Below the pieces are notes generated by a model. That model did no database searches, was not told where the DNA came from, and worked only from the letters and a program-made list of their open reading frames with translations. A stretch of DNA of 64,000 bases from Podarcis gaigeae (taxonomy: Eukaryota), in NCBI GenBank assembly GCA_964106915.2, contig OZ066923.1; one strand, written 5' to 3'. The position numbers were made by a program, and so were the translations under genes. This document shows, piece by piece, positions 26,595-38,552 of this stretch (positions are counted from its first letter, which is position 1; each line of letters opens with the position of its first letter).

Positions 26595-27681
26595 GTTTTA
26601 ATGTAGCATTACATTAAAGAGTACTTTGATTCCCCAGTCGTATTTAAGTCTACCACTTTTAACTTTTTTGGGGGGGGAGTTTTAATGTAACATGATATCA
26701 GGGCTGTATGCAACTAAATTGTTGTATTAATAGGAGAAGCCTATTCCACAAGGATTCCTAATAGCAAATCAGAATTTCCCCCTTCTGTGCCATCACCAAA
26801 TCTTCTTTGGAAGGTTGGAGGAATTGCCAGAATAGATTTAGGAAATGGAGAGGAGGAGATAACTGCCGCGAAACGAAAATCCTTGTGCTGAAGGAACCGT
26901 GACTGTAGAGCTATGTAGAATAGTAATTCAGATAAACATGCTAAATCATATCTGCATCAATTCAGAAAAAATGGTAAACCCACATTGTGTTGCCTTGTTG
27001 GATTTTAAAGTCTAGTAGTTCAGTTATATTGTTCCAGGACAGGGGCATTTTTGGGTTGTTCATTGGTAAAGGAATTGCAGAGATTCTGAGAGGCAATGAC
27101 AAAATTGGTGCTGGGTATGAGAGCTTATTTGACCCTTATATACATCAGTATTTATAAATTTCCATCTTTTTAGATGCAGAAATGGAAATATTTTTGTAGA
27201 TTGCTTACCTAGCATTTGAGTGTTTTTCAGGCGGTATTGACAACAGTGTTATCGCTAAGTTTAGCTTTCAGTAATGTGTCTAGTTGAGAGGAGATTACTG
27301 CACATTTTCCAAATACTTCTGTTTTATTAACCTTGCTGCTTTGAGCAGAGGCTACACTGGTATTCTTCCTCCAGGGTAATCTTGATTCTGACTAATGTGG
27401 GAAAATGTTTTAGCACCATAATAGAAGTGGTATATACCATAAATATATAGAATAAAATTCACTTAGTTGGATTGGAATGATTGCTCTTGGTAGAGGAATA
27501 TAGTAACAGATGTACAGATGAACAGGGAACAAGATTGTGGGTGACAAAAATACTTCAATTTGGATTCTTCAGGCTTAGTATACTTTTTGAAGTTCTAGTC
27601 TGTGATTTTTAGGGCTAGGAACAAGTATGGTTAAAATATTAAAGCTCAGTATTTGCAAATAAAAGAATGGCAGTATAGTGT

Positions 27682-27918
27682 CAGTTACAGATAGGTAGCC
27701 GTGTTGGTCTGCCATAGTCAAAACAAAAAAAATTCCTTCCAGTAGCACCTTGAAGACCAACTAAGTCAGTTCTTGGTATGAGCTTTCGTGTGCATGCACA
27801 CTTCTTCAGATACACTGAAACAGAAGTTTCCAGACCCTTCTATATAGTGAGAAGGTGGGGAGGGGTATTACTCAGAAGGCTGGTGGGAATGGGTGATTGG
27901 CAGATACCTGTGATGGCA
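27682..27918 (-). mobile_element. Penelope-like element terminal-repeat fragment
   Basis: 11-bp TSD CAGTATAGTGT (27671-27681, 27919-27929); contains the hammerhead motif typical of PLE repeats. Confidence 0.8.
27776..27813 (-). ncRNA. Minimal type I hammerhead ribozyme motif
   Basis: Minus strand GUAU-CUGAAGA-A-GUGUGCAUGCACAC-GAAA-GC-UC^AUAC: both core boxes, helix II, helix I GUAU/AUAC, palindromic AGCU in place of helix III. Confidence 0.8.
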
Positions 27919-29801
27919 CAGTATAGTGTGCCATTATAGACATACAGAATGTAGGCAGCCAGCTAACTACTCTTGTAGCCTAATATGGATTTCAGAATTA
28001 CTATATGCTACCATTTTTCTTCTTGGTTTTTGCTTATCACAATCTTAAGTCTTCTAAAACATTGCCCATTGGGACAAAAGCAGTAGCCAAAAGTAGTGCT
28101 TAAAAAGGCAGCAAAAAACCTGAAGTGCTGGTGCATCGTATAGGTGAGTCCTGTCACAGAAAGTACTGCTTACAGGCAAACATATTGCGCCTCCTTAGAT
28201 TTTCCAGAAGCCTCGATCTGAGTACCAGCATCTTTGGGAGATAGTCATGGGATTGAACGCTTGGGTCTAAGAGTTCAATTTTGCCTTCACATAATTAAAT
28301 TACCTTTAGGCTAGGATTCGGCAATTTTCAGTAGTGACAAAGAATGTAACTGTCCTTGCCCAGTGTTTTTTTTTTCTTAAAAAAGTTACTTGGGCCTTCC
28401 TGGTTTGCTTTCTGAAATGGAAGCAGATTGATTTCAATCTGAAAACCTTCCGAAGTACTATAGGAGTCTATACGTTACTTGGTGGAATAATGATTTCTTT
28501 ATCGAGCACTTCAGGTTCATTTTGCTTTTGTAAATACTTACGGGACAATGAAAGATGTACACAAGTTTATTAATTTTAGTAGTATTGATAATATCACATA
28601 CCTCATGTCACCTTACTGTCTGCACAAAATAGATTTGTTCAATGAAACTGTCATGCTTCAGTAAGAATGATATAAGCGGCACCAGGTGAAGGAGAGGTTA
28701 TATAATTCATTCTATTAAATTGGCCAGTGTTTACCAAATTTATTATTAAATTTCTATACTGCTCAGTAGTGGAATCATCAATAGAAATTGATTCATGTTT
28801 GGAAGTAATGAATAGGCTCTCATTTTTATTTTTATTTTTTGTAGAAGTTGGCTGAAAACACTAATTGTGTTGAGGCTGCCCTGTGGCAGTCTTAAATGTT
28901 AATAAAACATTGTTTAAACACTTGTTGAGTAAGCAGTTGTATTTAGTAATGCTAGAAAACTAAGAAGAAAGCAAAACTAAGATACTATCTGACGGCTGCA
29001 ATGTGGTGCTTCACAGATTTGTAAGGACTTTTGAGCTAATTAGATTTAAGCAAAGGCTTTCCTAAGATAATCACTTTGGGAGCCTTCCCCGGAGCTGGGC
29101 TGCTGATAATGTGTAGCTGAAGGTCAAACCTTCTACATAGTATTCTCCAAAGATTAAACTGTGGGTTATGAAATGAACTATTAGAATATTTCAATTCCTG
29201 AATGTTTCAAAAAATATTTTGCAGCTCAGACACCGGTGGTAGTGGTGCGCGTTAAAAGCTTTTACTTTTCACCTACTTGTGATAGCACATTACTTCTAAA
29301 GTCAGCAAAATAGCATGTTGTAGTGGTACAATTCATTTTGGGAGCACAAAGTTTGATACCTTTACGTAAGCTTGCAGCATGTTGTCATCAGAATTGGCGA
29401 TATTGACAAGATGTGAAGCCAGGGTCTATGGATAGGGTCTGGATTCTGGTTAGCTATGAAATATATATTAAAATGACACTGCTACAAATGAAATTAGTCA
29501 TTGCTTTTAAGGGGATCTCTTTTATCCCTATGTGGGAAGAGACATGGCTTTAGAAGGGTAGTGTTAAACTTTAAATATAATATTGTTAACATGCAGAATG
29601 CATGAGCTAGTAAGGCTTAGACGCAACTTAAGTATTTTAAGTCCTCATTCCTCACACACAGATGCACACTTCATCTCCCACCTTTGGGGGTTCCAAACTG
29701 CTACATCACTAAACATGTGCTACAAAGTCAACCTTGAACACCCTGTATCTTCCCCCATTCATACTTTATTACAATCACCTGGGTTGAACATGGATTCCTT
29801 A

Positions 29802-29839
29802 GAGTCCATCAGCAGAATTGGAGTCCATCAGCAGAATTG
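29802..29839. repeat. Perfect 19-bp tandem duplication
   Basis: GAGTCCATCAGCAGAATTG x2. Confidence 0.95.
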
Positions 29840-30409
29840 TGTACACACTTCAAGAGATAATTTCTTGGCTCCACAGCTAAAGTAAATTGTCTCCAAAATA
29901 ATAATTTCACAGCTGCTCCTGGTGTTTCTTCCATACTACCAACTGCGCAGTAAAGGCCAGCACTGTGATATTTGAGCAGAAATTCCTGTCACATATGCAA
30001 ATATTTCTCTGTTCTGCATTAGTGCATCACTAAGCAAACCGACTAAAAAGTAAACCTTATGCTATGCTACAGTGTCAAAAAGAAAACAAATTACTGTTGT
30101 GAATAAAGTAGTCTGGGGTACTTTCCAAGAGGTGGATTACTCTCAGTTGGGAACTATGTAAGGCAGCTTAAGTGACATGGTGTGGGCACTACCAACTCTG
30201 TGCCACTACTTTTGTCTCTCAAATCCTTCCAGATGAGATGCAGTAATACATTGCTTTAAAACGTAATCCTGTTAAAAGGAGTAGTAAACTCCCCTTATAC
30301 CTTGTCGATGACAATGGGGCATAATACCTAAATGTGCTGCCGCGGAGATCTATCTATCTTTCATAGCTGTGTTGCTCACACGTCTTTTTATGCTGCCTTA
30401 TTACACGGA

Positions 30410-30960
30410 GACTGTATTTTTAGCTACCATAGCTAATGGTCATTGCTAAACCTCCATGAATACGTCTTACCATTTTTGAAATAACAATAATAACAATATT
30501 TTTTTAAACTCTGTAAGTTCTGCAAGTATTGTTTTCCTGTCCTGAGCCTACTGCCAGTTAATTTTATTTAGTTGCCCTACTGCTTCTGTAACCTTATAAG
30601 CCTTTCCCATGTACCCCCCCCCCTTTTAGGTGTCTCTTCTTCAAACTAAACCATCCTCTTCAACCATTGTTCAGTGTAAAGGTACTGTAATTCATTGATA
30701 ATTTTATATGTTCCTTTTTATGGTTCATAGAACAAGAATTGTGCATAGTATTCTTAATGTGGCTGGACAGCACTCATCTAATGGCATTATGATATTATCT
30801 GGCATTTTAATTGCTTTCCTAATCATTCCCCAAACTGGATTTACTTCTTTCTCCACTGCAGCACATTAAGTTGATGTTTTCAGTGAACCTTTCAAAATCT
30901 TTTCCTGGGTAGGAATCAGCTTTCTTGATGCGTATGTAGAGCTATTTTTTATTGTTTTGC
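30410..30960 (-). mobile_element. Old CR1-type LINE remnant
   Basis: Degenerate CR1-like segments (tgtgcatagtattcttaatgtgg, ttcctaatcattccc, actgcagcaca). Confidence 0.45.
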
Positions 30961-31779
30961 ATACTTTTGTCCTTTTGATCATACACTGCATATTTTTGTA
31001 ATTTCTTGGAAAATTGTTAGATGCCTCCAGTTATATCGATGCTATCAGGCTGTCCCAATGTTGTTTTCGATCCCCAGAATCTTTTGTGAGCTCTGCCAAT
31101 AAAGGGGTATTGATGACTGGTTATATAACTTGATAGCCATTGCTGGGTGATCACAGTTGCTTTCAGTGTATTCGTGAGCCAATCTGACACATTTGGCTGC
31201 CCTTGTATGACTTGTTGTGATCTCTAGTGGCCAATAGGAATGAAGTTATACTTAGAGAGAAATGTTATTCATCCCCACATTTAAGGGCTTGAGATATCAA
31301 ATAGTTAAATCTGAATACAAAGGGCATTGTGTTAAAAAGTGTGCCAAGTCCTCTACTTTGGGGCATCCAGCTGGGCAATTTCTAGCCACACCATACTGAG
31401 TCCCATAGTTCCTTTCACCATCGTCAGCTGTAAGGATTAATCAGGAGCCATCTTAGCTCATGTGAGCAAGGGGGCACTTTCCCAGGAAGAGTGACAAAAT
31501 CTTCATGTATTGTATTGGAACAGCACCCAGCAGTCAGTTCCATAGTGGTCTGAAAATTGACATCAGACAAGTCATCTGGAGAACTGAACACAGTTGCAGC
31601 CCATCATAATCAAGTGGGCTAATGAAAAGCCCAAATAGTAAAAAGTACATACATCATAGCTTCCCAGGAATCCCTTCTCAAATCCTCAGATACCAATAAA
31701 ACCAAAAGTGAAGCCAAATGTCTGTCTTAAGCCAACAGGTGATTGCCACTTTCTTGGTAAGCATTCCCACTGAATGAAA

Positions 31780-32010
31780 AGCCATCTTTAATTAGGCAAT
31801 TTCCTTAGAATTGTCTAGGTCCTTAGAATAGATCTAGGTACCCCCAATATTTTGGATAAGAACTTATGTTGCACTGCTTGCAATACTGCAATGTGTGAGT
31901 GGGCCCACATGAGTGTTCCATACAGCATCTGGGAAAGTAGTGTTCTCCTTACGAAGCTCAAAAAAGTAGCTACTGTCTTACCACCTGGTCCACAATTGCA
32001 TATATAAAAC
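31780..32010 (-). mobile_element. Old non-LTR retrotransposon remnant (RTE-X-like post-RT region)
   Basis: SQMLYGTLMW...LQAVQHKFLSKILGVP resembles LINE post-RT LLYG..W...VQ.KFLR.IL. Confidence 0.5.
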
Positions 32011-32027
32011 CAGCTAAGCACATATAA

Positions 32028-32430
32028 GGGACGCGGGTGGCACTGTGGGTTAAACCACAGAGCCTAGGACTTGCTGATCAGAAGGTCGCCGGTTTGAATC
32101 TCCGCGATGGGGTGAGCTCCCGTTGCTCGGTCCCTGCTCCTGCCAAGCTAGCAGTTCAAAAGCATGTCAAAGTGTAAGTAGATGAATAGGTACCAGTCCG
32201 GTGGGAAGGTAAACGGTACTTCCGTGTGCTGCTCTGGTTCGCCAGAAGCGGCTTGGTCATGCTGGCCACATGACCCGGAAGCTATACGCCAGCTTCCTCA
32301 GCCAATAATGCTGGCCACATAACCCGGAAGCTGTATGCTGGCTCCCTCGGGCAGTAAAGTGAGATGAGCGCCACAACCCCAGTCGGCCACGACTGGACCT
32401 AATGGTCAGGGGTCCCTTTACCTTTACCTT
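32028..32430 (+). mobile_element. Full-length Sauria SINE with internal 49-bp duplication
   Basis: GGGACGCGGGTGGC head, (ACCTTT)n tail; 13-bp TSD TAAGCACATATAA/TAAGCACGTATAA. Confidence 0.93.
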
Positions 32431-32444
32431 TAAGCACGTATAAA

Positions 32445-32700
32445 TCAACTTAAAAACAACAGCAGCAGCATTTACATATATAAAATCAATTTCAAATCCA
32501 ATAGAGATACCAGCTGGTATTACAATCTCCAGTTAGAAGGTTGGTTGAAAAAGGAAAGTCTTCAGCAGGTGCTGAAAAGACATTAGAGATGACACTTGGC
32601 TGAATTATATTTGGAAGGAGTCACAAAGGGTAGATGTTGCCACTCTGAGGACCTGATTCCAGCATTATGCACAATGGAACTCTTGATAAGGTAGTATCTG
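32445..32700 (-). mobile_element. L2 3'-end fragment
   Basis: aaagtcttcagcaggtgctgaaaaga...gccactctgagg resembles a reversed L2 ORF2 terminus. Confidence 0.5.
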
Positions 32701-32958
32701 TTGATTGCTGTGAGAGATTGATGTTGTGAGTGGTGTCTCTTCTTTGTATATGGCTAGTTGAAAATGCTAAAACATTTGAATCCTTTTGCATTTCTGCTGG
32801 GAGGAAGGTTTCTGGAGTTAATTTTAAGACTGATTATATCAGATATGTTGTTCAGAGGTAAAATAGCTTGAAGACTGCCTTGCTTTGGTTAACGTGGCCT
32901 TTAAGTTAGTTATTTACATAGCATGGTGGCTTATGGTAGCTAGAGCATGTCCATAAAG

Positions 32959-33161
32959 CAGGGGTCAGCAAGGTTCATCTTGCCTGAGCCAGATCAGTTC
33001 CGCGGAGATCCCTTCGTGCACCCCTGTGATTTTCAGCGTCTGCGCAGACGCGATTTCCAGCACCGCGGAAGTGAGTCCCTGCTCCGCTCTGCACTGGTAG
33101 CTCAATTTGGGGTGGCTCGTGGGCTGATCAAACGATCTCTGCGAACCCCTTCATACCCCTG
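32959..33161. mobile_element. hAT-type MITE
   Basis: CAGGGGT...ACCCCTG termini; 8-bp TSD CCATAAAG/TCATAAAG. Confidence 0.8.
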
Positions 33162-34399
33162 TCATAAAGGAAGCTCAGTCCTGACTTCAGCTTATAGCCA
33201 GATGCTCAGGATATGGGTACAACTGAGTAAGCTGAGTGAGTGTGCTTTGGATCTGCAAGATCTCAGTGTAAAATCTCCATGTTGTCCCCATTGAGTACCT
33301 TTAATTAATATTTTCAGTTTAATGTAAAGTTATTCAAGTTGATACCAAGAAAATTAAACTGCATGTTGGTGAATGGTGAGACTAAAAGATTTAAATGGTA
33401 TATTAATTTGAGTCTTAAAGCGTCCTTTATTCAATTACCTTACTACTAAGAAACTTGAGCATTTCATTTCACCACCTTAGTGCTGCATTTGTTAACTCAT
33501 TGAATTATTATTTATATAACACCGTTGGTATGCTTGGTACATTCTGATGATTGAGAGGACAGATCGAGAGGCATTTACAATTTAAAATTTTGGCACAGTG
33601 GAAACAGGAAGAGAGGCAGGGCAAGCAATAAAGCAGTATGTAAGAGGAGAACCAGCAAGGGCAGCATAGCAGAGACCTATGGCTTAAAGAGAATAAAGAG
33701 AGAGAGTGTGACCAACTGATCAAATGCAAGAGAGATAAATAAAAATGAGGACTGAAGATTTTGCTTTAAAGAGCAAAAGAACAGTTTCAGTGGCATGCAC
33801 AGAGTGAAAACCAGATTTTTTTGGGGGGGGATCAAGAGTAGATTTGGAAGGGAAGTCAAAAAGTTCAGAGTAAACAGGCAAGCACATTCTAGAAGTTATG
33901 GAGGCAAAGGAAAAAGGGAACTGGGGTTATGTGGAGAGGGAAGATAGACTAAGGAGTGTTTTTATAAGGGAGAATGAATGCAGGAAGGAAAGAGCCAGTG
34001 GGCAAAGAGGTTGATTATGTGGACAAGAGGAATGATAATGGTAAGTTAGGAGATAGCAACCAGGAAATGGGAGGACAGAGGATTAGTTAGTTGGCTATAG
34101 TCAAAATCGTGGGTAGAAGGAAGAGTAGGAAGATGGGCAACTGGTAGGGGGCAGGAAGGTGGATTGGAAAGCTAGTTTGGTATTGAAGCCTCAAGGAGGC
34201 AAAGTTTTGGTAAGAGAACAAGGAGTGGATGGGTAAATGATGGGGTAGGCCTTGGCAGAACATCAGAGGTAGAGAAGAGGCACTGTGTATCAGAGGTGTC
34301 ATAGTGCTGCTTAGCCAGATGCATAGCAGACAATAAAAGGCTGTGATGCTTCTGTGAGCAATGTTGAATCTTGTTGCTATGATCTTCTTTCTTTTGCAG

Positions 34400-34625
34400 A
34401 TTGTATTCCCCTTTCATTTGGATTGGTATGAAGGAACCAACAATGGGATTGCACTCAAGATAACACTCCTGGAAAAAGGGTATCTAATGGCTCTCATCTT
34501 TTTTGGTGGTTTATATCTGCACTTTTGATGGTTTTCATATCTGAAGGATTTTCCTTTTGGAAATATTTCAAATAAAAAAAATTGTTCCTCCTTGGAAATA
34601 ACTTCTTCCTTGAACGCTATACATC
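34400..34625 (+). other. ATP2B1: 5' UTR part of exon 2
   Basis: Acceptor tcttctttcttttgcag| ending 34399, 226 nt before the ATG. Confidence 0.8.
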
Positions 34626-34830
34626 ATGGGAGACATGGCTAACAACTCGGTAGCATACAGTGGTGTAAAATACACTATAAAAGATTCCAATCATGGAGAC
34701 TTTGGCATTACACTTGAAGAGCTTCGTGATCTTATGGAATTGCGTGCTGCAGATGCTTTGCATAAAATACAAGATTGCTATGGAGATGCACATGGAATCT
34801 GTACAAGATTGAAAACTTCTCCAAATGAAG
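34626..34830 (+). CDS. ATP2B1: PMCA1 exon 2 (first coding exon)
   Basis: MGDMANNSVAYSGVK...LKTSPNEG; donor G|gtaaga; 205 nt. Confidence 0.97.
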
Positions 34831-37800
34831 GTAAGAATCTCAATTCAAAAAGTTACAAAATGTGTGTTCATTTATATGGGAAATTTATATTGAAAAATAT
34901 TTAGGTCTGTATAGATGCGTTGATTGTTTGCCTAAGATGTTTTACTGGTCAGTGACTGCAATTCCTGGCCTGCATCTACTATATATATTTTTTAAATTGT
35001 CTGTACATTTATACAATGGGACACCACTTAAGAGATAGCAACACAATTTGGGACAATAGTTATTGAGGTAGAAGAACATAAAACATTTGATGTAAAATTT
35101 GACATTTTCATTTTTTGTTAGTCTTTTTTGATTGTACCAGGTTTTTAATAAGATGTTGATTAAAGCCTGCTGTTATCTTACACATTAGTTTACAAGAAGT
35201 TTGTGAAGTTACAAATGTTAGACAACTTAAGGTGTTGTACATACAAACTTTGTAGAAATATATATCACAACTTCCTTGAATATTTAAGGTTAACCTAGCA
35301 CAAATGCCTTGCAGCTTGCAGCTGTAACTTAAATCAGCTGTACTTCAAATCCACTCAGAAGTTACATCTTATGCTATTTCAACCTTTAAGGGGATGGTTG
35401 TTAGAACGACGCCTAGGGTTGTTGATAGGAGCTTCAAATTATATCCTGCGTGTCTGCGTGTTGGTAAAGTTAACAAAGTAAAATGAGCTGTTAAAGCAGT
35501 CTTCCCCAGCCAGGTTGGGACTAAAACTCCCATTAGTTATGCTGACTGGTACCAATGAGAGTTGTAGTCTTGAACATCCAGAGACCACCAGGTTTGGGGA
35601 AGGGGTTTCCTTGGAGCAAGAGGCACATGCACTGAATTTGAGGAAAACATTGTTGTTGTTTTTTCAGTCTAGGGAACCTGTGTGTGTAGGCAATGAAACC
35701 TTAGTTTGTGGTATATGTTTAAATGTTCTATTTTAAACATTTTCTTTTGACGAAAAAAATAAGATAGATTTAAATAAACCATTCAAGATAGTGAGATGGT
35801 GCTTTTCTGCAAAACCTTTGTTACCTGTGGGAAGGGTTTCACAACTACCCAACTTCTTAATATGTAGTAAAGCAATTAATTTGTCCAATGTCTATCCCAG
35901 CCTTTCTGTAATTAGCAGGATTTGAAATGACTTTATAATTGGCAATTTTAATGCCAACACTGTTCGTGTTTTTAAAATTCCACCAGTCACTAATTTCCAG
36001 ACAAAAGGAGGGAAACCTTTTATGTACAATATTGCACTTCCAGCAATCCAAATGTTTTTCTGTAAACACTTCTAGTTGCAGTTGTGTTAAATATCAGTTG
36101 TGTGCCATGCTGGATAACATTTTAACGTTCTTAAACTTATTGTTCACAGACTACCTTGTTTCCCCTCAAAATTTGTGGAATCTGAAACTCCCTAAATGAA
36201 TTTTGTTTGGGACTAGTAGTCTGTATTATTTACTCAGAACAGCCAGAAAGACAAGACAAATGCAAAAGTGTTAAAACAGATACCTTGTAAATCACAGAAT
36301 TATGAAAATGAGTGTGTGCTTGTTGTTTTTCTTGGAGCAGAGTGCCTCCAATGAGATATCGCTAATGATTGGTTGAAAAGAATTTTGTCTTGAAATGTAC
36401 AGGCACCAAACTCTGCAAGGTAGTATCTGTTTCCAGGTTCTAGCACCCTGCAATGCTTAGGTATCATTTGCTAAACCCTTTTATCTCTATCAAATGGACC
36501 GTTGCTTTTTATGGTATAGTAGCCTGAAGGAAGAGAAGTGTTTCCTTTTTCCTGCTGCTAATAATTACTTCTTTGAATAATTCCTTCCTGTAGCAGGAAA
36601 AAAATGTAGTGATTGCTGTTCCAGCTTTTGTATTTTTTTCCTGTTCTCATTAATCCTTGGAGCAGAATTTTGAGACACAATGTGATGAATAAATATTGCT
36701 CCATTAAGTTTTATATGAAAGAGTAGGGCAGGATATCCCAGCTTGCAGGGATTTCTACATTAAAAAGTGGGGAGAATCCTTTTTGTGTGTCTCTAATAAT
36801 TCATTGGAAAATAATAGAATGGAACTTGTAAACTCATTTCAATAGGGATACATAGTCTGGCCTGAATTGTGTTAAAAATATCATCCATGTTGGATAAGAA
36901 ATGATTCTTGTGAGAGGGCTGTCAACTGAAGCTTTCAACTGAAGAGCTATTTAAACACCCAAGAAGCTTTCAGTAGTCATGGTGAAGGTTACCAGTGAGT
37001 CTGCAACTTGCTTCTATATGTACTACACTCATCTTGAAATGTGGATGAGTATGAGGTCCAGTTGAATAGTACTGAAATACCACAGATGGGAAGTGATAAG
37101 ATGTGTAAGGGAGAAACCTGGACTTGTTCCAGCTAGTACTGAACTAATGAATTAGCAGAAATGCAAAATCTGGCTCACTGAATGACTTGCTGAGTGATCC
37201 TTTCCTACATGAGAAGGATTAGTTCAAAGGTGAACCATGTAGATCTAATTGTTAAGGCCAGATATACAATTTCCGCTATCCTTAAAATAAAAATGTATTT
37301 GAAGCCTATGTGTTGGCCCTGCCTATTATTGCACTATGGGCTTCTATGTAATATGTAATAAGGAAAAGACCCCTTAGAGATGTAGCTTTGCTTCCTCCTG
37401 ATGTTCAGCATCTAGATGGGTGTTGCCATGTTTTGCATTGTGGTTATAAAAAGAATTACTTTTGTATTGGGAAAACAGAAACAGACTTCTGCTTAACTCT
37501 CGTGATTGTTGAATTCAAGTTTCTGAAGTGACTAGGAATTTCAGCATATACTGGAATGATGTGCTCCAAAACAAATGCTTGACTTTCTTGGGAATTGCTT
37601 TGCTTGGACTCTGCAGCACATATATTTGTGGGGAAAACTCAAATAAAACCACTATTAGTCAAGTAACACTGTGGGTAGGAGAAATCTGCAGCTATCTTTC
37701 CCCCATGTTAGAAACGTCTACAGTAGAGTTCCACTTGATTGTATTGTAACTTCTAGAAAGCATAGGACATAAAGAGTCCTGTTAAATTCACTAAATACCA

Positions 37801-37923
37801 ATAGAGCAACTGTGCAGCATATACTTAAGGTGTTTGTAGAATTACGTAGCAAAAACGGATTTGTTAAGTGATGTATAGATAATGAAATTGCTCTAAAATT
37901 GTATTTTTCTTTTTAATATTTAG

Positions 37924-38121
37924 GCTTAAGTGGAAACCCAGCAGATATAGAAAGGAGAGCAGCTGTGTTTGGAAAGAACTTTATACCTCCTAAAAAGCCA
38001 AAAACATTTCTTCAGTTAGTATGGGAAGCACTACAGGATGTTACATTAATTATATTAGAAATTGCAGCCATAGTATCATTGGGCCTTTCTTTTTACCAAC
38101 CACCAGGAGGGAATGAAGCAT
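37924..38121 (+). CDS. ATP2B1: PMCA1 exon 3 (TM1)
   Basis: tttag|GC TTA AGT...; [11 protein letters not shown]...[42 protein letters not shown]; donor T|gtaagt; 198 nt. Confidence 0.97.
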
Positions 38122-38204
38122 GTAAGTAAAGAGTTTGTTTCTTTATACTTGTGTACCTCAAAATGTATTTCAGAGTTTGGGTATTGTCTGCCAGTTTATG
38201 TATT

Positions 38205-38552
38205 GGTTATGTTGTTGTTTATACCCTTCTGTCTTGGGAGACAATGGAGGCATGTGCCTTTGTGGGTGAAGTCAAACATCGGAAAGTTACAGCAGCTGCT
38301 GTGGCTGTAGAGACTGATATGGAGGAGACATGTTTGGTTGCAGCTGGGGCAGATGAAGGTGTCTGGTTGTGCTGCTGCAGATGCAGCATGGCGTTTCTTT
38401 TCTTTTCTTTTCTTTTTTGCACTCCTCCCAGTGGTCATTCCTCCTCTGGTGTGGTTACATGACCTGACTGTCTGTCTCCAGGCACTGCGGTCGTCTGCAA
38501 GAGATTCCCACATGGCAGGCTTGATGTTGCCAGCCTTCATGTCTCATTTGCA
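38205..38552 (-). mobile_element. RTE-clade LINE 3' end
   Basis: WESLADDRSAWR...FICPSCNQTC...LYSH C-terminal zinc-finger-like motif; (CAA)n-like tail. Confidence 0.85.

Noticed and set aside
28141-28149. TAG|GTGAGT as a recursive splice site
   Set aside because: No pyrimidine tract immediately upstream
33900-34370. Purine-rich stretch before exon 2 as a regulatory element
   Set aside because: More simply explained as an ancient antisense L2 remnant (SAMHLAKQHY-like peptide); support is weak either way
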